A DNA stretch of 64,000 bases. Origin: Thermoanaerobaculia bacterium (GTDB taxonomy: Bacteria; Acidobacteriota; Thermoanaerobaculia; UBA5066; Gp7-AA6). The number at the start of each line of letters is the position of its first letter. Within the stretch, counting starts at the first letter, position 1. Below the pieces are notes generated by a model, which was given only the letters and a program-made list of their open reading frames with translations, was not told the origin of the DNA and ran no database searches. The stretch covers positions 4,838 to 68,837 of the forward strand of contig JBBDKM010000057.1 in the NCBI GenBank assembly GCA_040879385.1, written 5' to 3'. The position numbers and the translations under genes are program-made. Below are positions 55,882 to 64,000 of the stretch, piece by piece.

Positions 55882-57093
55882 TTACGACTTGATCGCCGAC
55901 ATGAGCCGGAACATGGGGAGATACACCGACAGGAGGATCGTCACGATGACGCCTCCCATGATCACGAGGATCGCCGGCTCGACGAACGAGATGACGCGGG
56001 CCAGCAGCACGTCGATCTCCTCGTCGTAGAACTCGGACACCGAGGACAGCATCTCCTCGAGCGCCCCCGAGGACTCGCCGACCTTGATCATTTCGATGGT
56101 CAGGTCCGTGAGGATCCCCGTCCCGTCGAGGGCCCGCCAGAGCTCCCCGCCTTCGCGCACCTTCGGAATGACCTCGGTGATCCTGCGGGAGATCCACCGG
56201 TTGCCGATCGCGTCGGCGGCGTTCTCCAGCGCCGGCACGAGCGGCGTGCCGCCCCCGAGGAGGGTCCCGAGGCTGCGCGTGAACTGGGTGATGGCGAACC
56301 GCCGGAAGATCCCGCCCACGACGGGGACCTTCAGCACCGCGGCGTCGAGCCACTGCCGCCCGGAGGCGGTCTTGAACCAGCGCGAGGCGAAGAAGCCGGC
56401 CGTAGCAAAGCCTCCGAGGAGAAAGAGGATGTTGGCCTTCAGGAAGTTCGCGACGCCGAGCACGACGACCGTCAGCAGGGGCAGGTCCGCCTCGAAGTCG
56501 GCGAAGAACTCGGCAAAGCGCGGGATCACGTACGTCATCAGGATCGCGATGAGCCCGATCGAGAGCGCGATCAGGATCACCGGATACACGAGCGTCGAGA
56601 CGACCTTGCGCGTCAGCGCGATGACGGTCTTCTGGTACTTGAGATAGCGCCGCAGAACGCTCTCGATCTCACCCGACTTCTCGCCGGCCTTCAGCGAGGT
56701 CCAGTAGAGCCGGGGGAAGAGGTCCCCTTGCGCGGCGAAGGCCTCGGAGATGGAGGCCCCCGAGTTGACCCGATCGCACACGTCGCCGAGCACGCGCCGC
56801 AGGACCGGGTTCTTCTGTCGCTCGAGGAGCAGCTCGAAGCAGCGCACGACCGGAAGCCCCGCCTTGAGCAAGGCGATCAGCTCCTGGTTGAAGACGAGGA
56901 AGTCGCTCATCTTCACCCGGCCCTTCGAGGCGGTCTTCCCCCCGACGAGCGTGAAGCCCTTGCGCTTGACCTCGAACACGTGTCCGCCGCGGCGCTCGAT
57001 CTCGAGGCGCGCCGCGCCGATGTCGGCCGCCAGGACCGCCTGTTCGGCCACCGAGCCGTCGGGCCATCCGGCCCTCACGCGAAACTCGCTCAC
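55882..57093 (-). CDS. gspF: Type II secretion / type IV pilus platform protein (GspF/PilC family)
   Basis: Two GspF repeats (FNQELIALLKAGLPVVRCFELL... and FTRSLGTLLGGGTPLVPALE...) with three TM helices. Start GTG ~57093. Confidence 0.85.
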   Translation of the reverse strand: MSEFRVRAGWPDGSVAEQAVLAADIGAARLEIERRGGHVFEVKRKGFTLVGGKTASKGRVKMSDFLVFNQELIALLKAGLPVVRCFELLLERQKNPVLRRVLGDVCDRVNSGASISEAFAAQGDLFPRLYWTSLKAGEKSGEIESVLRRYLKYQKTVIALTRKVVSTLVYPVILIALSIGLIAILMTYVIPRFAEFFADFEADLPLLTVVVLGVANFLKANILFLLGGFATAGFFASRWFKTASGRQWLDAAVLKVPVVGGIFRRFAITQFTRSLGTLLGGGTPLVPALENAADAIGNRWISRRITEVIPKVREGGELWRALDGTGILTDLTIEMIKVGESSGALEEMLSSVSEFYDEEIDVLLARVISFVEPAILVIMGGVIVTILLSVYLPMFRLMSAIKS

Positions 57094-57812
57094 GGCTGCT
57101 TCCCCGCCGCCTTCGGGGCCGCGGGGCCCTTCTCGGGGCCCTCGGCGCGGGGCGTCTCCTGGGCCAGGAGAATCAGAATGAGAGCGCTCTTGGACTTCTC
57201 CTCCCTCGACGCGCCGACGACCAGCGTCTGCCCGAGGGTCACCGGCATCGAGGCGCGGTAGAGGGTTTTGAGGAAGGCGGCGTAGCCCGGCGGGTTCCAC
57301 AGCTTCGAGAGCGCGAAGGGCGAGAGCACGAGTTCGTTGCCGGCGCCGGGGTTGCGGATCGTGAAGTCGATGTTGTAGCCGCCCGCGAACTGGTACTGGA
57401 CGCGCCCCGCCTCGACCCCGCGCAGCACCGCCGAGTCGATCAACGAGTAGTCGTTGAACTGGAAGAGCGACTTCAACTTGGCCCCGAGCCCCCCGATCTC
57501 GCGGGCGATCGATCCGGCGGGAACGTCCGCGCGCGCGCGCACGAGCTTGACGGCGAACGTGAAGCCGCGCGGCGGCTGGTCGAAAGCGGCGAGGACCTTG
57601 CCGATCTGCTCGAGCTTGGCGGGGCGGTCGGTCACCGTCATCGCGTTCAACTTCTGGGTCAGGGTGATCGAGGCCGACTCGGAGAGGTGGGGCCGGATCA
57701 GAAGCATCGCTTCTTCGACGCGCTTGTGCTTCAGCACGTAGACGCGCACTCCCGCCTCATCCGCCGCCCGAAGAGGCAGGGCGGCAAACACGATCGCGGC
57801 GAGCATGAGCAT
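57090..57812 (-). CDS. Hypothetical secreted protein
   Basis: Signal peptide MLMLAAIVFAALPLRAADEAG. No recognisable family. Sits between the anti-sigma factor and gspF. Confidence 0.4.
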   Translation of the reverse strand: MLMLAAIVFAALPLRAADEAGVRVYVLKHKRVEEAMLLIRPHLSESASITLTQKLNAMTVTDRPAKLEQIGKVLAAFDQPPRGFTFAVKLVRARADVPAGSIAREIGGLGAKLKSLFQFNDYSLIDSAVLRGVEAGRVQYQFAGGYNIDFTIRNPGAGNELVLSPFALSKLWNPPGYAAFLKTLYRASMPVTLGQTLVVGASREEKSKSALILILLAQETPRAEGPEKGPAAPKAAGKQP

Positions 57813-57898
57813 GTGCACGTGCACGTGGAAGAGAAGCGGCTTTGTTTTCACGCGATTGACAACCGCGGCACAGCGTCGGCCGCCTTCGGGCGGAGGCC

Positions 57899-58423
57899 CT
57901 AGATGTCGAGCCCCCGATCCACGATCCACACCACGCGGGGCTCCTCCCGGCCGGCACCGGGATTCAAGTCGTAGACCGTCGCCTCCGAGGTCACCGCCAC
58001 GGCCTCGCTCGGGAGGGCGGCCGGCTGCACGGGAGCGGCCGGCGCCGGGGCGATCCCGCGCGCCACGACTTCGGCGTCCGGGCGGCGTCCGCCGGGGATC
58101 GCCAGCAAGAGGACGGCGACCGCGGCCGCCGCGGCGGCCCCGCCGGCAAACCGCCGGTGCGACGCGCCCCCGATCCGACGTTCGGTTTCCAGGAAAGCCA
58201 CGCCGGTCTTGACCGCCGCGAGGATCCGCTTGGCGTCGGCGGCGGGGACGTCCTCGCGCATCGGCCGCGCGAAGAGGAACGTCGGATCCTGCGCCGCGGC
58301 CAGGTCCCGGCACGAGACGCACGCGGCGAGGTGCTCGCGCAGGATGCGCCGCTGCGGAGCCGGAAGCGCGTCGCGCAGGTAGTCATCGAAGCTGCCGCGC
58401 AGGATCCCGCAGATCGGGCTCAC
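57899..58423 (-). CDS. Putative zinc-finger anti-sigma factor (single TM)
   Basis: GTG overlaps the sigma-factor stop (GTGA). N-terminal HLAACVSCRD (HxxxCxxC) and TM AAAAAAVAVLLLAIPGG. Confidence 0.6.
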   Translation of the reverse strand: MSPICGILRGSFDDYLRDALPAPQRRILREHLAACVSCRDLAAAQDPTFLFARPMREDVPAADAKRILAAVKTGVAFLETERRIGGASHRRFAGGAAAAAAVAVLLLAIPGGRRPDAEVVARGIAPAPAAPVQPAALPSEAVAVTSEATVYDLNPGAGREEPRVVWIVDRGLDI

Positions 58424-59046
58424 GACGAGAGCCTCCCGCGAAGGAACTCGGGATACAGCCGGCCGATCTCCTTGCGCAGGATGCGGCGCGCGTTGAAGAG
58501 GTGGTTGCGGACGGTCGACTCGCCGCAGCCGAGGATCTCGGCGATCTCGCGCGTCTCGCAGTCCTCCATCTCCTTCAGGACGAACACCGCCTTCTGCTTC
58601 TCCGAGAGCCGGCCCGAAACTGCCTCGAAAAGGCGCGCCAGCTCCGAGTCTTCCGCGGTGCGGGTCGCCTGGGCGGCCGTGGAGTCCTCGCGCTCGCGCA
58701 CGAGATGGAGTGTGGCGCCGTGGGCCCGCTCGCGGCTCCGGGCGCTGCGGAGGAAATCGATCGCGAGGTTGATGGCGATCCGGTAGAGCCAGGTGTTGAG
58801 CGAATACCGCTCGTCGTAGCGGTGCAGCTCGCCCCAGACGCGGAGGAAGACCATCTGCGCCACGTCGCGGGCGTCCTCGCCGTTGCCGACGACCCGCCGG
58901 GCGAGCGAGACGACGGTCGGAGTCTTTCGGGTGACGAGGGTCTCGAATGAGAGCATGTCTCCGCCGCGGGCCCGGATAGCCAGGTCCCGGTCCGGGAGCT
59001 CGGCCAACTCCTGGCGTTCCCGGTTTTCGCTGTAGACGAGCTCCAT
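58420..59046 (-). CDS. ECF-subfamily RNA polymerase sigma-70 factor
   Basis: Region 2 MVFLRVWGELHRYDERYSLNTWLYRIAINLAIDFLR and region 4 AVFVLKEMEDCETREIAEILGCGESTVRNHLFNARRILR. Start taken at MELVY (59046). MGALL (59094) is also possible. Confidence 0.85.
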   Translation of the reverse strand: MELVYSENRERQELAELPDRDLAIRARGGDMLSFETLVTRKTPTVVSLARRVVGNGEDARDVAQMVFLRVWGELHRYDERYSLNTWLYRIAINLAIDFLRSARSRERAHGATLHLVREREDSTAAQATRTAEDSELARLFEAVSGRLSEKQKAVFVLKEMEDCETREIAEILGCGESTVRNHLFNARRILRKEIGRLYPEFLRGRLSS

Positions 59047-59140
59047 CAGTCGAAAGGTCTCCTCCTGCCGCTGTATACGGAGGAGGGCGCCCATTCGTTG
59101 GGGCGGTTTCCCCCGTCCTAAGCCTCTGAATCTTAAATCT

Positions 59141-60469
59141 TTGTGCGCGTCCCGGCAAGCAATCCGAGGGCCCGTCGGTGATAATCGCACCGCTTTGCTT
59201 GCCTACCGGGCGCTCTTCGCCCTGACTCTCGCCGGTTACGCTCCCTGGGCCCTCGCCCGCTCGCTCCTCGGCAGGCGTCGGATGGGGGACATTCGGGGGC
59301 GGCTCGGCAAGTCTCCGTACCCGGATCTGGCGGGCGGAGTCTGGATCCACGCGGTCTCGGTCGGCGAGGTCGGCGTGGCTCGCCATCTCCTGAGGGCGCT
59401 ACGCAACCGGCTTCCCGACGGCAGGTTCGGCGTCTCGGCAACGACGGAGGCCGGACGCGCGCTGGCCGAGAGCACGCTGGCCTCGCAGGCCTCGGTCTTT
59501 GCGTTTCCGTTCGACCTCGCCGGGCCGGTCGAGCGCGCGTTGAACGGCGTGCGGCCCGGCCTCATCCTTCTGATCGAGACCGAGATCTGGCCGCTCTTCC
59601 TCGAGCGCGCAGGCAGCCGCGGCATCCCGGTGGCGCTCACGAACGGGCGCATCTCGGAGCGCTCCTTCCGGAGATACCGGCTCGCCCGGCGATGGCTGGC
59701 GCCGACGCTCTCGCGCATCGCGCTCTTCGCCATGCAGTCGCAGGAGGACGCGCGCCGGATCGAGGCTCTCGGCGCGCCGCCCGAGCGCGTGCGCGTGACG
59801 GGCAACCTCAAGTACGACCTGGAGCCGCCGGCTCCCTTTCCCGACGCAGAGCGGTTGCGCGAGGCTGCGGCCGGACGGCCGGTGCTCGTCGCCGGCTCCA
59901 CGGGCGAGGGGGAGGAGGCGCTGGTGCTCGACGCCTGGAGCCGTCTGCCCCGCCGGCCGCTGCTCGTGCTGGCGCCCCGCCGGCCCGAACGTTTCGACGG
60001 AGTCGCGGAGCTCGTCGAATCCCGGGGCCTGCGCCTGTCGCGTCGCTCCGCTCCCGACTCCCGAACCCCGACTCCGGACGTGTTCCTGCTCGACTCCATC
60101 GGCGAGCTCGGTTCGGTGTACCGGGAAGCCGCGGTGGCCTTCATCGGAGGGAGCCTCGTCCCGAGCGGCGGCCAGAACCCCATCGAAGCCTGGGCGGCGG
60201 GTGTGCCCGTGATTGCGGGGCCCCACATGGAGAACTTCCGGGACGTTGCCGCGCGGGGCGAAGACCTCGGGCTGCTTTCCCGCGTCCCCGACGCCGCGGC
60301 TCTCGCGCCGGCGATCGCCGCCGCCCTCGACGCGCCGGAGGAGACCGCGCGCCGGGGGCAAGAGGCGGCCCGCTTCGTCGCCGCCAGCCGCGGAGCCGCC
60401 GAGACGACGGCTGGCGCGGCGCTTGCCCTTGCGCCGGCCCTCGCGCGCGGGCCAGTATCCGCTCGGTGA
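59141..60469 (+). CDS. waaA: 3-deoxy-D-manno-octulosonic acid (Kdo) transferase
   Basis: N-terminal LLAYRALFALTLAGYAPWALARSLLGRRR...GRLG, VWIHAVSVGEV, and C-terminal GGSLVPSGGQNPIEAWAAGVPVIAGPHMENF match WaaA/KdtA (GT30). Confidence 0.85.
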   Translation: MCASRQAIRGPVGDNRTALLAYRALFALTLAGYAPWALARSLLGRRRMGDIRGRLGKSPYPDLAGGVWIHAVSVGEVGVARHLLRALRNRLPDGRFGVSATTEAGRALAESTLASQASVFAFPFDLAGPVERALNGVRPGLILLIETEIWPLFLERAGSRGIPVALTNGRISERSFRRYRLARRWLAPTLSRIALFAMQSQEDARRIEALGAPPERVRVTGNLKYDLEPPAPFPDAERLREAAAGRPVLVAGSTGEGEEALVLDAWSRLPRRPLLVLAPRRPERFDGVAELVESRGLRLSRRSAPDSRTPTPDVFLLDSIGELGSVYREAAVAFIGGSLVPSGGQNPIEAWAAGVPVIAGPHMENFRDVAARGEDLGLLSRVPDAAALAPAIAAALDAPEETARRGQEAARFVAASRGAAETTAGAALALAPALARGPVSAR

Positions 60470-61491
60470 CCCCGCTCGAGCCGCTCTCCCGCCTCTACGG
60501 CAAGGCCGTGAGCCTGCGCGCGGGCTGGTACGTCTCGGGACGGCTCGAGTCGCACGCGCTGCCCCGGCCCGCGATCTCGGTCGGCAATCTCACCTTCGGC
60601 GGCACGGGCAAGACGCCCTTCACCGAGTTCCTGGCGCGGCGGTTCCGCTTCGAGGGCCGGACCCCCGCCGTGCTCTCGCGAGGCTACGGACGCCGGTCCC
60701 GCGGCGTCGTCGTCGTGTCCGTGGGCCAGGGCCCGCTCGTCGCGCCCGAGGAAGGCGGCGACGAGCCGGTCGCCCTGGCCAGAGCGCTTCCGGGAGTCAT
60801 CGTCGTCGTCGCGGAGCGGCGCGCGGACGCGGCCCGGCGGGCGGCCGACCTCGGCGCGGATCTGCTTCTCTTAGACGACGGCTTTCAGCATCTGGCCGCC
60901 CGGCGCGACGTCAACCTGCTGCTCCTGGATTCCCGTGACCCCTTCGGCGGGGGAAGGCTTCCCCCCTCAGGAAGGCTGCGGGAGCCGATCGAGGCCCTGC
61001 GGCGGGCCGACGCGATCGTCTTCACGCGGGTCGATCGCGCGGCGCCGCCGGCCGAGGCCCTCGCGGCGATCTCCCGCCTTCACCCCGCGGCCCCGGTCTT
61101 CCGCGCGCGGATCCGGGCCTCGGGCCTGCGCGACGAGAGCGGCTCCCCGGTGGAGGTAGCCGAGATCGCCGACCGCCGGTCGATCGCCGTTTGCGGCATT
61201 GCGACTCCGGCGGAGTTTTCCGCGTCGCTCGCCGAGCTCGGCGTGACCCCCGAGGAGCGGCTCGAGTTCCGCGACCACCAGCGTTACGGGCAACGCCAGA
61301 TGGCGAGGATCCGGAGGGCCGCGGAAACCGCGGGGGCCGCCTTTCTCGTGACGACGGAGAAGGACGCGGTCAAGCTGTCCGGGCGTCTACCCGTCCCGAT
61401 GCTGACGGTCCGGCTCTCCGTCGAGGTCGCCGAGGCGGGCTTCTTCCCGTTCGTCGCGTCGCGGCTCCCCGCCAGGGAGCCTGCACGGTGA
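60466..61491 (+). CDS. lpxK: Tetraacyldisaccharide 4'-kinase
   Basis: ISVGNLTFGGTGKTPF (P-loop) and LSRGYGR. GTG overlaps the waaA stop. The track ORF 59692..61491 is an over-extension. Confidence 0.9.
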   Translation: MTPLEPLSRLYGKAVSLRAGWYVSGRLESHALPRPAISVGNLTFGGTGKTPFTEFLARRFRFEGRTPAVLSRGYGRRSRGVVVVSVGQGPLVAPEEGGDEPVALARALPGVIVVVAERRADAARRAADLGADLLLLDDGFQHLAARRDVNLLLLDSRDPFGGGRLPPSGRLREPIEALRRADAIVFTRVDRAAPPAEALAAISRLHPAAPVFRARIRASGLRDESGSPVEVAEIADRRSIAVCGIATPAEFSASLAELGVTPEERLEFRDHQRYGQRQMARIRRAAETAGAAFLVTTEKDAVKLSGRLPVPMLTVRLSVEVAEAGFFPFVASRLPAREPAR

Positions 61492-62474
61492 GCGACGCCG
61501 CCGCGTCCTCGGGACGCCGCCGCGCGCGATCGGCCGGCCGGCACCGCGCCGAGCTCGGCCTCTTCCGGATCGCGGCCGGCGCGCTGGCGCTTCTTCCGCG
61601 AGGCGCGCGGGAGGGCCTGGCCCGGCGCCTCGCACTGCTGGCCGTGCGACTCGGGGCATCGCGGCGCCGCATCCTGCTCGACAACCTCGCGATCGCGTTT
61701 CCCGAGAAGGACCCGGCGGAGATCGCGCGGATCGCCCGGGACTCGGCCGCGTCGCTCGGAGAAGCGTTCGCGGATTTCCTCGAGGTCTCGGCGATGTCGG
61801 AGGAGCGGATCCGCTCGCGGATCCGGGTGGTCGGGGAGGAGAATCTCCGTCAGGCGCGGGCGCGGGGCAAGGGCGTCTTCCTGCTCTCGGCGCACTTCGG
61901 GGGCTGGGAGCTCGGCGCGATCCGCGCGGGGCTGCTCGGAGAGCCGATCGCGCCCGTGGTGCGCCCGCTCGACAACCCCCTGCTCGAACGGGAGCTCTCG
62001 CGGCGGCGGACCCGGTTCGGAAACCGCCCGATCGCCAAGCGCGAAGCCGCGCGCGACATCCTGCGCGCCTTGCGCCGCGGCGAGACCGTCGCGATCCTCG
62101 TGGACCAGAACGTGCTGGCCCGCGAAGCGGTCTTCGTCCCCTTCTTCGGGCGCCTGGCGGCCACGACGCCGGCGCTCGCCCTCTTCCAGCTGAAGACCGA
62201 CGCGCCTGTCGTTCCGGTGTTCACCTGGCCGGAGGGCAGCGGACGGTACCGCCTCGAGTTCGAGAAGCCCATCGACGCCGAGGAGTTTCGCGCCGGGGGC
62301 GAGCGCGACGCCTCGGTCACAAGGGCCACCGCCCGCTACATGGAGGTGACGGAGGCCGCCATCCGGAAGGCGCCGGCGGCCTGGCTGTGGGTGCACAATC
62401 GCTGGCGGACGAGGCCGGAGAACGAGTCGGGAGTCGGGAGTCCGGAGTCGAGACTGGGGAACCGGGGTTGCTGA
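61488..62474 (+). CDS. Lipid A biosynthesis (Kdo2-lipid IVA) acyltransferase, LpxL/HtrB family
   Basis: LSAHFGGWEL (HX4D-like acyltransferase motif region) and VDQN. GTG overlaps the lpxK stop. Confidence 0.8.
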   Translation: MSDAAASSGRRRARSAGRHRAELGLFRIAAGALALLPRGAREGLARRLALLAVRLGASRRRILLDNLAIAFPEKDPAEIARIARDSAASLGEAFADFLEVSAMSEERIRSRIRVVGEENLRQARARGKGVFLLSAHFGGWELGAIRAGLLGEPIAPVVRPLDNPLLERELSRRRTRFGNRPIAKREAARDILRALRRGETVAILVDQNVLAREAVFVPFFGRLAATTPALALFQLKTDAPVVPVFTWPEGSGRYRLEFEKPIDAEEFRAGGERDASVTRATARYMEVTEAAIRKAPAAWLWVHNRWRTRPENESGVGSPESRLGNRGC

Positions 62475-62504
62475 AACACTCGCAACGCTCATGAATCGTC
62501 TGGC

Positions 62505-63482
62505 ATGAATCGCCTGGTGATCGCGCCCAACTGGATCGGCGATTCGGTGATGTCGCTGCCGTTCCTGCGCGCGCTGAAGGCCGCGCACCCGGGGGACCGG
62601 CTGGCGGTCTACGCGCGGCGCGGCCCGGCGGCGATCTACCGCGCCGAGGGCTCGGCCGACGAGGTCCTGGAACGCTCGGGCCTGCTCGCCGACGCCGCCG
62701 CCCTGCGCCGCGGCCGCTTCGACGAAGCCTGGCTGCTGCCGAACTCCTTTCGGTCGGCAATCGCCGCGCGGCTCTCGGGCGCACCCCGGCGGATCGGATA
62801 CGCCACGGATCGCCGCGGCCCTCTCCTGACCCGCGCCCTCGCCGCCCCGCCGTCGACGATCCACCAGCTTCGTGACTACGACGCGCTTCTCGAGGCCAAC
62901 GGAGTGCGCCCGGACCTGGAAGCCCCTCGCCTTCCGATCCCCGAGGCGGCGGCCGAGAAAGCGCGGGAGGTCCTCGCCGGCGCGGGCCTGTCCCCCGAGC
63001 GCCTCGTGCTGCTCGCGCCGGGCAGCGCCGCGGCCGAAACCAAGCGGTGGCCCTTCGGGCGCTTCGCCGGGCTCGGAGACCGGCTCGCGGAGAGACGGTT
63101 CGGCTGCGCGATCGTGATTGGACCGGGCGAGCGCGACCTGGGCGCCCGCGTCTCGAATGCGGCCCGCGCTCCCCTGCCCGTTCTGGGCGCCGACCTCGAC
63201 CCGGTCGAGCTCGCGGCGGTGCTCAAGCGGGCGCGGCTGGTCGTTTCCAACGACTCGGGCCCGATGCACCTGGCGGCGGCCGTCGGCACGCCCGTCGTGG
63301 CTCTCTTCGGTCCCACCGACCCCGGCCGCACCGCGCCCTCCGGAGCTCCCTCGCGCGTGCTCGACCGCTACGTCTTCTGCTCGCCCTGCTTCCGGGACGT
63401 CTGCCCGTACGGGCATGAGTGCCTGGAGGAGATCGCGGTGGGCGATGTGCTGCGGGCGTGCGAGGGGTTGATCGGCGCGTAG
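62505..63482 (+). CDS. ADP-heptose:LPS heptosyltransferase (GT9, WaaF/WaaC-like)
   Basis: MNRLVIAPNWIGDSVMSLPFLRALK and VVSNDSGPMHLAAAVGTPVVALFGPTDP are signature GT9 regions. Confidence 0.8.
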   Translation: MNRLVIAPNWIGDSVMSLPFLRALKAAHPGDRLAVYARRGPAAIYRAEGSADEVLERSGLLADAAALRRGRFDEAWLLPNSFRSAIAARLSGAPRRIGYATDRRGPLLTRALAAPPSTIHQLRDYDALLEANGVRPDLEAPRLPIPEAAAEKAREVLAGAGLSPERLVLLAPGSAAAETKRWPFGRFAGLGDRLAERRFGCAIVIGPGERDLGARVSNAARAPLPVLGADLDPVELAAVLKRARLVVSNDSGPMHLAAAVGTPVVALFGPTDPGRTAPSGAPSRVLDRYVFCSPCFRDVCPYGHECLEEIAVGDVLRACEGLIGA

Positions 63483-63489
63483 CGCCGTG

Positions 63490-64000
63490 TCACTTCAGCT
63501 CGGTGTTCCAGTAGGCCACGTCCACGAAGTTCCTCCACGCCGGGTGGAACTTGCTCGAGCCGAACTGGCCCACGGGGTGCCAGCGCGGCTTGCGGGGCGG
63601 CGCGACGAGCTTCATCGACGCCTCCTGCGGCGTGCGGTTGCCCTTGCGCACGTTGCAGGACAGGCACGCGCACACGACGTTCTCCCAGGTCGAGCTGCCG
63701 CCCCGCGACAGCGGGATCACGTGATCGAGCGACAGCTCGGAGGAGGAGAAACGGTGTCCGCAGTACTGGCAGCGATTCCCATCCCGCAGATAGATGTTGT
63801 GCCGGGAGAACTTCACGTCCTGGCGCGGCAGCCGGTCGAAGTCCTTCAGGGCGACGACGCGCGGCACGCGGATCGCCATCGAAGGCGTCAGGACGACCTC
63901 GTCCTGCGGCTGCACCGGGATGTCGCACCAGTTCTCGAACTCGTAGGTGGTGTAGTCGGGCAGGACGGCCTTGACGTGGCCCTTGTAGAAAAGGGAGAAG
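63490..64000 (-). CDS. HNH endonuclease-family protein (5' end may run off the window)
   Basis: CQYCGHRFSSSELSLDHVIPLSRGGSSTWENVVCACLSCNVRKGN = Cx2C...H...N...H zinc-finger HNH motif. The reading frame stays open upstream to the window edge. Confidence 0.7.
   Translation of the reverse strand, partial: FSLFYKGHVKAVLPDYTTYEFENWCDIPVQPQDEVVLTPSMAIRVPRVVALKDFDRLPRQDVKFSRHNIYLRDGNRCQYCGHRFSSSELSLDHVIPLSRGGSSTWENVVCACLSCNVRKGNRTPQEASMKLVAPPRKPRWHPVGQFGSSKFHPAWRNFVDVAYWNTELK

Noticed and set aside
1-64000. CRISPR arrays, transposases or integrases
   Set aside because: No regularly spaced direct repeats and no recombinase-like ORFs found. The HNH protein at the 3' end is a small stand-alone nuclease, not an obvious mobile element.

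Overview
High-GC (~70%) bacterial chromosomal segment. The gene content (DUF1800/DUF1501 pair, GWxTD protein, CarbopepD-type TonB-dependent receptors, Ser/Thr kinases fused to TolB/PD40-like beta-propellers) suggests an Acidobacteria-like organism, but this is inference from family composition only. Four blocks. (1) 1-12.7 kb, minus strand: purM (partial), then a tightly coupled polyprenyl-phosphate glycosylation operon (SAM-methyltransferase, GT2 GtrB/ArnC-like, NAD epimerase/dehydratase, second methyltransferase, split transketolase, two tandem paralogous GT-C-like membrane proteins, kynureninase), then purF. (2) 12.7-41.8 kb, accessory-looking: FkbM methyltransferase, DUF1800/DUF1501, three intact paralogous Ser/Thr-kinase-beta-propeller genes plus at least six decayed copies, interleaved with three toxin-antitoxin modules (HepT/MntA, two VapBC), an FHA/winged-helix regulator coupled to a kinase, truA-tam, a multiply frameshifted thioredoxin-fold pseudogene, two TonB-dependent receptors (one with an in-frame amber codon) and a GWxTD protein. 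(3) 41.8-59 kb, minus strand: purL-purQ-purS, MBL hydrolase, dut, M16 peptidase, and a T2SS/type-IV-pilus-like cluster (3 pseudopilins, secretin, PilP/O/N/M-like, GspE, GspF) headed by an ECF sigma/anti-sigma pair. (4) 59-64 kb, plus strand: lipid A/core genes waaA-lpxK-lpxL-waaF, then an HNH endonuclease. No CRISPR array, rRNA, transposase or integrase was seen. A spot check of a few tRNA T-loop/anticodon patterns found nothing, but the window was not screened systematically for tRNAs. Most long ORFs in the track on the strand opposite to these genes are high-GC artefacts. Many adjacent genes overlap by 4 nt (ATGA/GTGA/TTGA) and GTG/TTG starts are common. Coordinates follow the ORF track; my own hand-counting may be off by 1 nt in places.
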